A DNA stretch of 64,000 bases from Sphingobacteriales bacterium (GCA_021298155.1 JAJTEN010000015.1:832-64831); one strand, 5' to 3'; counted from the stretch's first letter, positions 47,707 through 58,002 are shown. The notes: generated from the sequence alone by a model not told the origin. Program-made: numbers and translations.

Positions 47707-48924
47707 ATGATTAATCGTCAACTTTTTTTAATGCATCAGGCGCAAACTACTGAGTTTCCGGTAATGTTAGAAATTTCGCATGCCCATGGAAATTATTTGT
47801 TTGATGTGCAGGGCAAGAAGTATTTAGATTTAATTTCGGGCATTAGTGTAAGTCATATCGGGCATGGCAATGTGCAGGTAAAAGATGCCATTATTGAGCA
47901 ATTAAATAAGCACCAACATGTAATGATTTACGGCGAGTTTGTGCAAAGTGCGCAGGTAAATTTGGCGCAGGCACTTACCCAATTATTGCCCCAAAATTTA
48001 GATTCGGTTTATTTGTTAAACTCGGGTGCCGAAGCTACTGATGTGGCTTTAAAATTGGCCAAACGTGTTACACAACGGCCCAATATTATGGCCTGCAAAA
48101 ACGCCTATCATGGCAGTACCCACGCCGCTTTAAGCTTAAACAGCGATGCCTATTACAAAGATGCTTTTAGGCCATTGTTGCCTGGCGTATCCTTTATAGA
48201 ATTTAATAATATGGCTAGTTTAAAGGCCATAAATGAGCAAACGGCATGTGTGGTTTGCGAGGTCATTCAAAGTGAGGCAGGGTATGTTTGGGCTGATCCA
48301 AACTTTTTAAAAGCCCTTCGTGCACGTTGCACTGAGCTAGGTGTGCTGCTTATTTTTGATGAGATTCAAAGTGGCATGGGCAAAACAGGAACCTTGTTTG
48401 CTTTTGAACAAATAGGCGTTGTGCCAGATATTTTATTGCTGGGCAAAGCGCTTGGCGCAGGCATGCCTATTGGCGCGGTAGTAGCTTCTAAAGATCACAT
48501 GATGCTCTTGGCAAATAACCCTATTTTAGGGCATATAACCACCTTTGGTGGTCACCCAGTGGTGGCGGCTGCAGCTAAGGCTGGATTAGATGTGTTGCTT
48601 CAAAACAACTTGCTTGCAGACATTCCTGCCAAAGAGCAATTGTTCAGAAGCTTGTTGGTTCACCCCGAAATAAAACAAGTAAGCGGCAAAGGTTTAATGC
48701 TTTCAGTAGCGTTGAGCACTTTTGAATTTACTTTAGCCACCGTGAAAGCATGCCAAGAAAAAGGTTTAATTACCGATTGGTTTTTGTTTGCCAATAATCG
48801 CTTAAGAATAGCGCCACCATTAACCATTACCTTGTCCGAGATTGAGCAGGCATGTGCCATTATCTTAGAAGCTATCACAGAAACTCAGGCATCCATGGCT
48901 TCAAATAATCCGTTGTCTTCGTAG
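47707..48924 (+). CDS. Class-III (acetylornithine/GABA-type) PLP-dependent aminotransferase
   Basis: 405 aa with motifs LNSGAEATDVALKLA, IFDEIQSGMGKTG and the PLP-Lys region LLLGKALGAG. Confidence 0.88.
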   Translation: MINRQLFLMHQAQTTEFPVMLEISHAHGNYLFDVQGKKYLDLISGISVSHIGHGNVQVKDAIIEQLNKHQHVMIYGEFVQSAQVNLAQALTQLLPQNLDSVYLLNSGAEATDVALKLAKRVTQRPNIMACKNAYHGSTHAALSLNSDAYYKDAFRPLLPGVSFIEFNNMASLKAINEQTACVVCEVIQSEAGYVWADPNFLKALRARCTELGVLLIFDEIQSGMGKTGTLFAFEQIGVVPDILLLGKALGAGMPIGAVVASKDHMMLLANNPILGHITTFGGHPVVAAAAKAGLDVLLQNNLLADIPAKEQLFRSLLVHPEIKQVSGKGLMLSVALSTFEFTLATVKACQEKGLITDWFLFANNRLRIAPPLTITLSEIEQACAIILEAITETQASMASNNPLSS

Positions 48925-49283
48925 TAGGCAACCACCAATTTTCTCAGTCGGTTTTCCTGACTCATTAAATCGGAATACGGTAAGTTTTTCACCATTTGGT
49001 AATGCGGCCAACCTTCTTCATCGGTGTGCGTAAATTGGTAATAGCCCTCATAGCTTAGCAATTTGCAGGTGGCTACATGCATAAGGTCCATTTTCTCATG
49101 TTTTTCAAAGGTTCGCATTTGTCCGAGCTCGCGCACTCCAATAATAAAAAGGATTCCGTTCATATCTGGTTTTTTACCAAATTGTTTCTTTAAATCAAAC
49201 ACAATGCGATACCATTTGGCCTTAGTGGCATCATCGAGCATATATTTTTGATAGCTATCGGGAGTTTGGGTTTCGTCTGTCAT
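48885..49283 (-). CDS. Conserved hypothetical cytoplasmic protein
   Basis: The ORF track starts at TTG 49295. The ATG at 49283 (MTDETQ..) is the likelier start. Its 3' end overlaps the convergent aminotransferase by 40 nt. Confidence 0.45.
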   Translation of the reverse strand: MTDETQTPDSYQKYMLDDATKAKWYRIVFDLKKQFGKKPDMNGILFIIGVRELGQMRTFEKHEKMDLMHVATCKLLSYEGYYQFTHTDEEGWPHYQMVKNLPYSDLMSQENRLRKLVVAYYEDNGLFEAMDA

Positions 49284-49292
49284 ATATTTTAG

Positions 49293-49300
49293 CAAACCTA
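49293..49300 (-). promoter_or_regulatory. Candidate -7 promoter box (TAggTTTG) for the 48885..49283 ORF
   Basis: The + strand reads CAAACCTA, 9 nt upstream of the ATG at 49283. Confidence 0.4.
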
Positions 49301-49332
49301 AAGAAAGTTTTCGTGCAAAATAATTTTTGGGT

Positions 49333-49340
49333 TATTTTTG
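49333..49340 (+). promoter_or_regulatory. Candidate -7 promoter box (TAttTTTG) upstream of phoD-like gene
   Basis: Exact TAnnTTTG match about 68 nt before the ATG at 49408. Confidence 0.3.
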
Positions 49341-49407
49341 ACAGAGACACAGGTTCTTTTCGGGTTTTTTTATTCGGTTTGAACCTATTTTCTTGTAAAA
49401 TTTATTG

Positions 49408-50790
49408 ATGATGAAACAGAAGATACTAATTTTATTACTGCTTACCTTTGTGTTTGTGGCAAGGGGTTTGGCTCAGACCAAAACAATAGGGCGCATTATA
49501 GCCGGACCTATGTTGGGATACAGCACCCATACCGAGTGTGCGGTTTGGGTGCAGACCATTGGAGTGGATGAAACCACCATTCAATACAAGATTTTAGGAT
49601 CAAACGGAGAATGGCAAAGCAGTAACAGTTTAAATTTTTCAGCTGGCAAAAACATAGCTCAAGCCAATAAATTTTACCTTACCCATTTAGAGATGGGTAA
49701 AACATACGAGTATCAGATTTTGCTCGATGGTGCTTTACAAAAATTTTCATATCCATTGCAATTTAAGACGCAAGAATTGTGGGAATGGCGAAGTCCCGCG
49801 CCAGATTTTTCTTTTTTGGCGGGTTCATGTTTGTACATCAATGACAGTGCCTATGATAGGCCAGGCGTGCCCTATGGCAAAAGCACAGATATATTGCAAT
49901 CTATGGCCAATACGCCCGCCGATTTTATGCTTTGGTTGGGCGATAACGTGTACATGCGAGAAGCAGATTACAGCAGTGTATCTGGCATGGAACGCAGGTA
50001 TTTACATACTCGGTCTGAACCAAAACTACAGCCGCTGTTAGCTAAGATGAATCATTATGCCATTTGGGACGACCACGATTATGGTGACAATGACGCCAAT
50101 AAAACCTTTGAGCATAAATTAACGAGCCATAATTTATTTTCAGAGTATTGGGCTAATAGAAGTAGCAACTATTTGTATGAAGACGGTATTTATTATAGCT
50201 TTAAGCACAGCGATGTTGAGTTTTTTATGTTGGATGATCGCTGGTTTAGAGATGAATCTAATTTAAATGAGCAGTTTATTGCTAAAACGCAATTGGGGGC
50301 AAAACAGCTAGATTGGCTCAAAAACAAGTTGGCGCACAGTAAGGCTGTGTTTAAGTTTGTTTGTGTGGGCGGACAATTTTTGAATGAACATACCAATAAA
50401 GAATCTTTTAATTTATATAAGAAAGAGCGACAAGAAATAATTCAATTTATAGTAGATCAGAAGATAAGCGGAGTGGTCTTTTTAACTGGTGATAGACACC
50501 ATACAGAGTTGCTTAAAAACGATGCGGTAACAGCAACATTGGGCTATCCATTATACGATTTAACTTCGAGTAGTATAACGGCAGGATCAAGCAGCATTAT
50601 AGGTTCAGACGAAGAAAAAAATCCTATGCGGGTGCCAAATACTTTGGTAGCTGAAAACAATTATTGTTCGGTTCAAATTTCTGGCAGAAAAAAAGGAGCG
50701 CGTCAGTTAAAAATTAGTAATTATGATTCGAAAGGCCTGGTAAAGTGGGATTTTGTAATAAACGAGACCGATTTAAAGGCAAAAAAGTAG
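49408..50790 (+). CDS. PhoD-like alkaline phosphatase / metallophosphoesterase
   Basis: Signal peptide present. Metallophosphatase motifs are LGDNVY, WDDHDYGDND and TGDRHHTE. ATG 49408 is used as the start. Confidence 0.8.
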   Translation: MMKQKILILLLLTFVFVARGLAQTKTIGRIIAGPMLGYSTHTECAVWVQTIGVDETTIQYKILGSNGEWQSSNSLNFSAGKNIAQANKFYLTHLEMGKTYEYQILLDGALQKFSYPLQFKTQELWEWRSPAPDFSFLAGSCLYINDSAYDRPGVPYGKSTDILQSMANTPADFMLWLGDNVYMREADYSSVSGMERRYLHTRSEPKLQPLLAKMNHYAIWDDHDYGDNDANKTFEHKLTSHNLFSEYWANRSSNYLYEDGIYYSFKHSDVEFFMLDDRWFRDESNLNEQFIAKTQLGAKQLDWLKNKLAHSKAVFKFVCVGGQFLNEHTNKESFNLYKKERQEIIQFIVDQKISGVVFLTGDRHHTELLKNDAVTATLGYPLYDLTSSSITAGSSSIIGSDEEKNPMRVPNTLVAENNYCSVQISGRKKGARQLKISNYDSKGLVKWDFVINETDLKAKK

Positions 50791-50859
50791 TTTAATCATT
50801 TTTTTATTAAATTGCCTTTTTATCACACTAAAAAAGGGATTAATTTTTTAAAACCGCCT

Positions 50860-51864
50860 ATGGAAAATAAATCTAAGATTATTCAAGAACTATTTATACA
50901 ACGTGTTAAGAGCGCATTGCCCACCAATGTTTCTTTTGTAGATGAGTTGGCAGATTTGTTACAAGTGAGTAATGATAGTGCATACAGAAGAATTAGATGT
51001 GAAACCTTACTTAATATTGAGGAAATAAGCTTAATCTGCAAACATTTTAGGGTGTCTTTTGATCCAGATGTGCAACACATGAGCAACAAAGTAACCTTTG
51101 ATTACTTGAAGCTAGATGACAAAAAAGAAAATTTTAAACTCTGGCTTTCCTTTATTGCAGGTGACGTTAAAAAGATAGGAACGTCTGTAAACAATCAAAT
51201 TATTTATGGGGCCGATGATGTGCCTTTGTGGCATCATTTTTTTGATAAAGAGCTTACTGCATTTAAGCTGTTTTATTGGTTAAAGTCTATTTTAAATGCC
51301 CCTGAATTTGCAGATGAAAACTATAACCCAGCGCTTATTGACCAAGAAATGATAGATAGTGCTTCTGAAATGCTTAAAAACTATAATGAGATAAATTCGG
51401 TAGAGATATGGACAGAGGATACCTTAAACAGTAATTTAAAGCAGGTAGAATATTTTTTTGAATCGGGATTTTTTAATAGCAAGCAAGACGCACTCCATTT
51501 GTGTGATTTGTATATAGAAGAGTTAAATTTGGTATTAAAGAAGGCTACTAAGAGCAGTAAATTAATTGGTTCAAACGAAAGCGGCCGCGAAAACTTTAAG
51601 TTATATAAAAGTGAGGTAATGATAGGCAACAACAGTATTTTAGCAAATATTGGGTCAACTAAAATTGCTTATGTTAGTAATAATACCTTTAATATGATGA
51701 GCACTACCAGTGCCGATTTTGTGCATGAAAATGAATTGTGGTTAAATAATTTATTACGCAAATCAACCTTAATTAGTGGCGTAGGAGAGAAGCAGCGTAA
51801 CCAGTTTTTTAGGGTATTAAGAGATAAAGTTGATGTGTTGAGACAAAAAATTATATTGTCTTAA
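50860..51864 (+). CDS. Hypothetical regulator: N-terminal HTH-like segment plus ~280-aa helical domain
   Basis: ..FVDELADLLQVSNDSAYRRIRCETLLNIEEISLICKHFRVSF resembles an XRE/Rgg-type HTH. The start is moved to ATG 50860. Confidence 0.45.
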   Translation: MENKSKIIQELFIQRVKSALPTNVSFVDELADLLQVSNDSAYRRIRCETLLNIEEISLICKHFRVSFDPDVQHMSNKVTFDYLKLDDKKENFKLWLSFIAGDVKKIGTSVNNQIIYGADDVPLWHHFFDKELTAFKLFYWLKSILNAPEFADENYNPALIDQEMIDSASEMLKNYNEINSVEIWTEDTLNSNLKQVEYFFESGFFNSKQDALHLCDLYIEELNLVLKKATKSSKLIGSNESGRENFKLYKSEVMIGNNSILANIGSTKIAYVSNNTFNMMSTTSADFVHENELWLNNLLRKSTLISGVGEKQRNQFFRVLRDKVDVLRQKIILS

Positions 51865-52613
51865 AACAAATCTGTACCCGCTAATTTTCTTTGAATCATA
51901 GATTCGTATAAGGCTATTCCGGCTGCAACGGAAACATTAAGGGATGCTACGCCAAAATCCATTGGAATTTTACCCATATGACTGCATTTTTTTAGTAAGT
52001 CGGGACTAATACCTGTTTCTTCATTTCCCATAACAATAGCGAGTGGTCCGCTTAAATCTATTTGATCTAAGTTACTACTTGCTTTTTCGGTGCATGCCAT
52101 GGTTGTAAATCCGCATTGGTTCAGGAATTCGATGCTTGTTTTTAGGTGTTTTTCTCTGCACACTGGTAATTTGAGTAATGCGCCCGCAGACGTTTTTATG
52201 GCATCGTGACTTATAGGTGCGCTATCCGTTTGCGGAATTACGAGTGCGTGTGCACCTGCACAGAGCGCGGTTCTGGCAATTGCGCCAAGATTACGTACAT
52301 CTGTTAGCCTGTCTAGTACAACAATATAAGGTGTTTTGCCCTCAGCAAATAACACAGGAATTAATTCTTCAAGTGTATGAAAGCTAATGGGAGAAATGTA
52401 GGCTACCACGCCTTGGTGGTTTTTATCTTGAAAAGAATAGAATTTCTCTCTAGGTACGTATTGCACCGGCACTTCATTTTTTCTAGCAAGTGTTATAATT
52501 TCATCTATGGCAGCGCTTTGCATAGCCTTCTGAACCATTATTTTACTTAACTCATTTCCCGCTTGAAGGGCTTCTTTAATGGCGTGTACACCATAAATAA
52601 CAGATTGACTCAT
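51861..52613 (-). CDS. rlmB: 23S rRNA (guanosine-2'-O)-methyltransferase RlmB (SpoU/TrmH family)
   Basis: The N-terminal SpoU_sub_bind-like segment is IYGVHAIKEAL. SpoU motifs are LDRLTDVRNLGAIARTA, IVMGNEETGIS and LNVSVAAGIALYE. The likely start is ATG 52613. Confidence 0.85.
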   Translation of the reverse strand: MSQSVIYGVHAIKEALQAGNELSKIMVQKAMQSAAIDEIITLARKNEVPVQYVPREKFYSFQDKNHQGVVAYISPISFHTLEELIPVLFAEGKTPYIVVLDRLTDVRNLGAIARTALCAGAHALVIPQTDSAPISHDAIKTSAGALLKLPVCREKHLKTSIEFLNQCGFTTMACTEKASSNLDQIDLSGPLAIVMGNEETGISPDLLKKCSHMGKIPMDFGVASLNVSVAAGIALYESMIQRKLAGTDLF

Positions 52614-52640
52614 TGTATTAATTGAATGGCAAAGAAACAA

Positions 52641-52668
52641 AAAAGCTATCCATTGGATAGCTTTTTTG
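52641..52668 (-). terminator. Rho-independent terminator after the DUF2723 gene
   Basis: aaaAGCTATCC-att-GGATAGCTtttttt: a perfect 8-bp stem flanked by A and T runs, about 25 nt downstream of the stop at 52692 on the - strand. Confidence 0.7.
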
Positions 52669-52691
52669 TTATAAAAATTGTGAAAGGATAA

Positions 52692-55600
52692 TTATTGTCC
52701 GTTTTGGGCAGCAGTTAGCTCTTGTAAGAAGGCTTTAGATAAATCTTCCTGACGGTTCATTTGAACTACTTGTTGGATATACCCCATAATTTGAAGATTG
52801 TCTTCAATATCTGGTTTTACACCTGCACGTTTGCCTTTAAAGCTGTTAAAGTATTTTACTTTTTCGCTATGAATTTGCATAAGTTCTTTGGCTAGTTTAT
52901 TTGCTTTTTCAACCTCACCTGCATTGTAATAACCTTCTACAATACGCACCACAAATACATCATATTGAACTTTGTTATTTGGGGTAATTTTAAGGCAATA
53001 GTCGAGCACCTTTATTGCCGAATCCTTTTTATTTTCTGCCAATAGTGATTCAGACAAGCGGTAGAAAATATTTCTAAAGTTTTTGGTTTGGCGCAAGATG
53101 GTTTCATCTAGGTATACATTTTCTTGTTCCATATTGCCAAATTTAAACTTCTCCATTAAGTTGGTATAAAGAATATCAGTATTGATTCTTCCTGTGGTAC
53201 CATCTCTTTGAACATTATTGGCAATAGGCACTAAGCGATAGGTTAAGCCCTCTAATTGGAAATAGGCCTGTAGGTTCATGTATACATCAGATCCGGTGGT
53301 TATGGCCCAGTAAATAGGGCGTGTATTAATGTTACTGGCAATAATATCGAGTAAAATTAAATCTGCTTTCATGAGGTTATTGTTGCCAATTTCCCATTTA
53401 ATACTATCTACCATAAATGGAATATCTTTGGTTTTTACCACACCATTTTTGATACAAGCTTCTTTGTCTGGGATAATGCAGAAGCGTTTGGTAGGGTAAT
53501 AGCGTAAAGATTCGCCACCTTGTGTTTGAACCGAGCCCATTGGATCATTATCATCATTCATAAATGCGATTACATTTTTGAGTGGATAATAATCATCCTT
53601 ATTAATTCCATACCTACGAGATAATTCAGGATTATCGTAGAACACTACATAATCACGTTTACCTTGGCGGTATTGATCTGAGCGCGTGCTAAATTCAATG
53701 GGTTTGCTATCATAAGCAGGTCTTTTTAGTCCGTCTGCATACCAATCGGTATTTAACAAGCTCATGTTTACTACCCTAATATCGCTGCGGATATTTTCAA
53801 CGTTTTGTGCATACCAAAGCGGGTATGTATCATTATCTCCATTTGTAAATAAGATAGCATCTTTTTCACAAGAATTTAAATAGTTTTCGGCAAAATGTAG
53901 GGCAGTATATCTATTGCTTCTATCGTGGTCGTCCCAGTTTTCTGATGCCATTAAAACCGGCACACTTACTAAAGTTAGGGCGGTAGCTCCGGCAGCAGCG
54001 ATATTTCTATTTAATTTTTTTGCTAACCAATCTACCAATGCCAATACACCTAATCCAACCCAAATCATAAAAGTTTGGTATGAACCAACATAGGCATAAT
54101 CACGCTCACGTGGCTGATGGGCAGGGAAATTTAGGTATAAAATAATAAAGAAACCTGTGAATAAGAAGAGCGTCATTACGATTGTAGCATCTTCTTTTGC
54201 TTTTTTGAAGTGGAAGAAAACGCCCAAAAGGCCTAATATTAAAGGAAGGAAATAGTACGTGTTTTTAGCCTTATTGTTTTTCATGTGCTCTGGCATGGTT
54301 TTTTGAGGTCCAAGGCGCCATTCATCGATGAAGTCTATGCCACTAATCCAGTTTCCACGCGTTAAATCGCCATATCCTTGTTCGTCATTTTGACGGCCAA
54401 TAAAGTTCCAAAAGAAATAGCGCCAATACATAAAGCCCAATTGATAACTCAATAAGAAATCTACGTTTTTGGCCATATTGGCTTTTTTACCCTCTGGAAT
54501 TTTTTCCCATTCGCGGTAGGCATTTACATAATCTGCTCTATCTGCCCACATACGCGGGAAAATGGTACAATCTTTAGGATCGTAAATGCGTTCAATTTTC
54601 TGTCCTGCTTCTACGTATTGGCCATCGTCGCCTTTGGCGTATTGATAGGCTCCCTTCTTGTAATCAATAACCTTAGCGTAGAAATATTGACCATAAACCA
54701 ATGGATTTTCTCCATATTGTTCGCGATTTAAGTAGCTCAACAAAGAAAATGGTTGTTCTGGATCGTTCATATCAATGGGCGGGTTGGCCAATGAACGAAT
54801 AATAATCATAGAGTATGAAGAGTAGCCTAAAACAACAAATGAGAAGCATAGTACAATAAGATTTACCACATCCATGGCAGCTTTGCGGTAGAAGATGAAG
54901 AAATACAAAGCGCCTGTGATAATTGCCCAGCTAATTACTCCGCTTAAGCTTGCATTAACAAAGAAAGTACTTGCAGCAAGCATACCGTATGAACCAATAG
55001 CAACATACAGACTTGTTTTGCTTAATGAGTGTGTATAGTGTAAGAAAGAGGCAATGAGTGTTATTAGTAAAAAGATTAATAAAATGGCTCCAGAGTTAAA
55101 GTTTAGTCCAAGGCTATTTACTGTGAAGTAGTCTAATTTAGTAGCAATTCCGGGTAATCCAGGGATAATTCCAAATTGAACAATTCCGATGGTTAGGATG
55201 GCAATTGCAGAAGCGCCAATAAAGCCATTACGGGTATATGTATATTTTTTAAAGTAGTATACGTATACGATGGCAGGGATAACCAATAAGTTAAGTAAAT
55301 GGACACCAATAGCTAATCCGATGAGGTAGGCAATTAATACCAACCAGCGACTAGCATCTTTTTCATGTGCAACATTTTCCCATTTAAGGATACACCAAAA
55401 AGTGAGTGTAGTAAAGAAACTTGATGAAGCATATACCTCTGCTTCTACCGCTGAGAACCAAAAGGTATCAGAGAAGGTTAAGGTTAATGCACCAACAGCT
55501 CCAGCGCCCATGATGGCAATAGTTTGCCAAGTTTCTAGTGCAGCGTTAGCCTTTGTCATGATCTTTTTGGCCAAATGCGTGATGGTCCAAAACATAAACA

Positions 55601-55871
55601 TTACTGTTAACGCACTGGTAACAGCTGAAACCATATTTACCCAAAAAGCAACTGTGCTTGGGTCTGAAGCCAATAAACTGAAGATGCGCCCAATCATTAA
55701 AAATAGCGGAGCACCTGGCGGGTGACAAATTTGAAGGCGATAGGAAGCAGAAATAAATTCACCGCAATCCCAAAAACTTACAGTTGGTTCAAGGGTTAAG
55801 GTGTAGGTGGCCAATGAAATTGCAAAAAGAAGCCAGCCTAATACACTGTTTAATTGATTATATTTACTCAT
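52692..55871 (-). CDS. DUF2723 / GT-C-type (protein O-mannosyltransferase-like) large membrane protein with C-terminal TPR-like region
   Basis: 1059 aa. The N-terminus ..LEPTVSFWDCGEFISASYRLQICHPPGAPLF is the DUF2723 signature as I remember it. It has many TM helices. Confidence 0.75.
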   Translation of the reverse strand: MSKYNQLNSVLGWLLFAISLATYTLTLEPTVSFWDCGEFISASYRLQICHPPGAPLFLMIGRIFSLLASDPSTVAFWVNMVSAVTSALTVMFMFWTITHLAKKIMTKANAALETWQTIAIMGAGAVGALTLTFSDTFWFSAVEAEVYASSSFFTTLTFWCILKWENVAHEKDASRWLVLIAYLIGLAIGVHLLNLLVIPAIVYVYYFKKYTYTRNGFIGASAIAILTIGIVQFGIIPGLPGIATKLDYFTVNSLGLNFNSGAILLIFLLITLIASFLHYTHSLSKTSLYVAIGSYGMLAASTFFVNASLSGVISWAIITGALYFFIFYRKAAMDVVNLIVLCFSFVVLGYSSYSMIIIRSLANPPIDMNDPEQPFSLLSYLNREQYGENPLVYGQYFYAKVIDYKKGAYQYAKGDDGQYVEAGQKIERIYDPKDCTIFPRMWADRADYVNAYREWEKIPEGKKANMAKNVDFLLSYQLGFMYWRYFFWNFIGRQNDEQGYGDLTRGNWISGIDFIDEWRLGPQKTMPEHMKNNKAKNTYYFLPLILGLLGVFFHFKKAKEDATIVMTLFLFTGFFIILYLNFPAHQPRERDYAYVGSYQTFMIWVGLGVLALVDWLAKKLNRNIAAAGATALTLVSVPVLMASENWDDHDRSNRYTALHFAENYLNSCEKDAILFTNGDNDTYPLWYAQNVENIRSDIRVVNMSLLNTDWYADGLKRPAYDSKPIEFSTRSDQYRQGKRDYVVFYDNPELSRRYGINKDDYYPLKNVIAFMNDDNDPMGSVQTQGGESLRYYPTKRFCIIPDKEACIKNGVVKTKDIPFMVDSIKWEIGNNNLMKADLILLDIIASNINTRPIYWAITTGSDVYMNLQAYFQLEGLTYRLVPIANNVQRDGTTGRINTDILYTNLMEKFKFGNMEQENVYLDETILRQTKNFRNIFYRLSESLLAENKKDSAIKVLDYCLKITPNNKVQYDVFVVRIVEGYYNAGEVEKANKLAKELMQIHSEKVKYFNSFKGKRAGVKPDIEDNLQIMGYIQQVVQMNRQEDLSKAFLQELTAAQNGQ

Positions 55872-55910
55872 TCTAAAACTAAATTTTTATGTTGGTTCAA
55901 CGCTAAATGG

Positions 55911-55918
55911 CAAACATA
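55911..55918 (-). promoter_or_regulatory. Candidate -7 promoter box (TAtgTTTG) for the DUF2723 gene
   Basis: The + strand reads CAAACATA, about 40 nt upstream of the ATG at 55871. Confidence 0.4.
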
Positions 55919-56038
55919 AATGATTTTATGAAACCTACAAACAACAATCTTAAGCTAATTTTACCTGAATATTAGATTTTGCTTGACTGAAAACCAACCA
56001 TCTAAGTTTAAAAAGGGTATAATATCCTATAATCTGCT

Positions 56039-56046
56039 TATTTTTG
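56039..56046 (+). promoter_or_regulatory. Candidate -7 promoter box (TAttTTTG) upstream of the HI0933-family gene
   Basis: Exact TAnnTTTG match about 30 nt before the GTG at 56076. Confidence 0.45.
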
Positions 56047-56075
56047 CAAGCGGTTAATACAGGAGAAAAAGCAAA

Positions 56076-57305
56076 GTGTCACACAAAGTAGTTGTAATTG
56101 GAGGGGGTGCAGCAGGATATTTTTCTGCCATTCAATGTGCTCAAACAAACAAAAATGCGGAAGTTATTTTGTTGGAAAAATCCATGAAAGTGTTGCAGAA
56201 AGTTAAGGTTTCTGGTGGCGGCAGATGCAATGTAACACATGCTTGTTTTGATTTAAAGCAGTTGTCTTTAAGTTATCCGCGAGGTGAGAAGCAATTAAAA
56301 AGCGCCTTTGCTAGGTTCAGCCCGAAAGACACTATTGATTGGTTTGAAAGCAGAAAAGTGAAGCTTAAAACAGAGAAAGATGGTCGCATGTTTCCTGTAA
56401 GTGACGATTCGCAAACGATTATTGATTGTTTAGAGAAAGAAATAAAAAAGAGTAAAGTTCAGGTGGAGTTGGGCAAGGGAGTAAAAAAACTAACCCCTAA
56501 TTTTCATGGCGGCTTTGATTTAGTATTAGATTCTGGAGATAAATTATTTTGCAACCGCGTGATCATAGCCACAGGCGGGAGTCCGAAAGAAAGCGGACTT
56601 CAATGGATCAAAGAGTTAGGGCATAGGATTGAGGTGCCAGTACCAAGTTTATTTACCTTTAATATTCCGAATGAAGATTTATTGGCCTTGCAAGGTATAG
56701 CTATACCTTCGGTTAGGGTAAGAATTTTGGATACCAAACTAGAGTGTTGTGGACCCATTTTGATAACCCATTGGGGTTTAAGTGGCCCATCTATTTTAAA
56801 GATATCTTCTTTAGGGGCGAGGGTTTTAGCTGAACGAGATTATTTATTTGAGGTGCAAGTATCTTGGTTAGAGAATAAAAAGGAAGATGCAGTAAGGCAA
56901 GAATTATTTAATTTAAAAGCGGCCAATCCAGGCAAGCAAGTTTCTAATTTGTTTCCATTTTCCTTACCCAAGCGATTAAATTCTTATTTATTGCAAAAGG
57001 CAGGCATAGATGAGCAGTCAAATTGGGGTGATGTAAGTAAAGAGCAGTTAAATTTGATTATTCAATGTTTGCTGTACGATACCTATCAAGTGAAAGGTAA
57101 AACTACATTTAAAGAAGAGTTTGTAACTTGTGGTGGAGTAAATTTAGATGATATTGATTTTAAGGGCATGGAAAGCAAGCGCATGAAAGGATTGCATTTT
57201 GCAGGCGAGGTGTTGGATATAGATGGAATTACAGGTGGTTTTAATTTTCAGGCGGCCTGGACGACAGGATTTATTGCTGGTAAGGCAGCGGCTAATCCGC
57301 TTTAA
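56076..57305 (+). CDS. HI0933/YhiN-family NAD(P)/FAD-dependent oxidoreductase
   Basis: GTG start. Rossmann motif VVVIGGGAAGYFSA, GGGRCNVT and the C-terminal GEVLDIDGITGGFNFQAAW signature. Confidence 0.85.
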   Translation: MSHKVVVIGGGAAGYFSAIQCAQTNKNAEVILLEKSMKVLQKVKVSGGGRCNVTHACFDLKQLSLSYPRGEKQLKSAFARFSPKDTIDWFESRKVKLKTEKDGRMFPVSDDSQTIIDCLEKEIKKSKVQVELGKGVKKLTPNFHGGFDLVLDSGDKLFCNRVIIATGGSPKESGLQWIKELGHRIEVPVPSLFTFNIPNEDLLALQGIAIPSVRVRILDTKLECCGPILITHWGLSGPSILKISSLGARVLAERDYLFEVQVSWLENKKEDAVRQELFNLKAANPGKQVSNLFPFSLPKRLNSYLLQKAGIDEQSNWGDVSKEQLNLIIQCLLYDTYQVKGKTTFKEEFVTCGGVNLDDIDFKGMESKRMKGLHFAGEVLDIDGITGGFNFQAAWTTGFIAGKAAANPL

Positions 57306-57369
57306 GTTAATACCACTTATCTTTAATTATGATTTTTGAGCAAGTGCTTTTCTATTCCGTTTTCAGAAA

Positions 57370-57867
57370 TTAATTCTGAATGCACTCGATAGTATTTAGA
57401 TTTTTGAGTTGAACCAAATAGCTACGTAATTCTTCTTCTTTTTGGGTGCCAATTAAAAATTTTTTACCGCTTTTTAATACCAGTTGGAGTCCTACACTAC
57501 CCGCTACATTGTAAGCTTTACCATGTGTAAAGCTGTAACGCAAACCCCAGCCGCCGTATTCACGAATGGGTTTATAGTTGCGCACGCTTGCCGATTGAAT
57601 TTCGTTCCAGCGCACATAATAATAGACCCTTTGAAAAGGGAAAAACCTAATGGTAATACCTTCGGTATCGATGCGGGTTTCAAGGTTTGCGAAGTAGAAA
57701 AGTACCGCTACAAACCCTAGAACAACCGAGGCAATAAGCATAGATGTACCATTATCGCCTTGTGTTTTTCCGGTAATTAATCCCCAAAATACAATTACAA
57801 AAGGTATAAAAATACTCAGTTTAATCCACCATTGATTAAATTTCTGTTTTTCGTAGTAGGTTTCCAT
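57370..57867 (-). CDS. Hypothetical membrane protein (two N-terminal TM helices plus small soluble domain)
   Basis: 165 aa with hydrophobic segments IKLSIFIPFVIVFWGLI and MLIASVVLGFVAVLFYF. No known motif. Confidence 0.45.
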   Translation of the reverse strand: METYYEKQKFNQWWIKLSIFIPFVIVFWGLITGKTQGDNGTSMLIASVVLGFVAVLFYFANLETRIDTEGITIRFFPFQRVYYYVRWNEIQSASVRNYKPIREYGGWGLRYSFTHGKAYNVAGSVGLQLVLKSGKKFLIGTQKEEELRSYLVQLKNLNTIECIQN

Positions 57868-57911
57868 GTATGATTGAATAAGGTAATGCAGGGTAAGCTT
57901 ATCAGCTGATG

Positions 57912-57919
57912 CAAAAATA
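57912..57919 (-). promoter_or_regulatory. Candidate -7 promoter box (TAttTTTG) for the 57370..57867 ORF
   Basis: The + strand reads CAAAAATA, about 44 nt upstream of the ATG at 57867. Confidence 0.4.
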
Positions 57920-58002
57920 CCATATAATTTTTTCTGTTTTAAAACTTTTATGGGGATCTACATATGCATTGCGCTGAGTCTTTAGATTTGGGATCAAAAA
58001 AA

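Noticed and set aside
57362-57380. A perfect 7-bp hairpin TTCAGAA-attaa-TTCTGAA lies between the convergent genes ending at 57305 and 57370.
   Set aside because: It overlaps the stop codon of the - strand ORF and has no T-run on either strand, so it is not a convincing intrinsic terminator.
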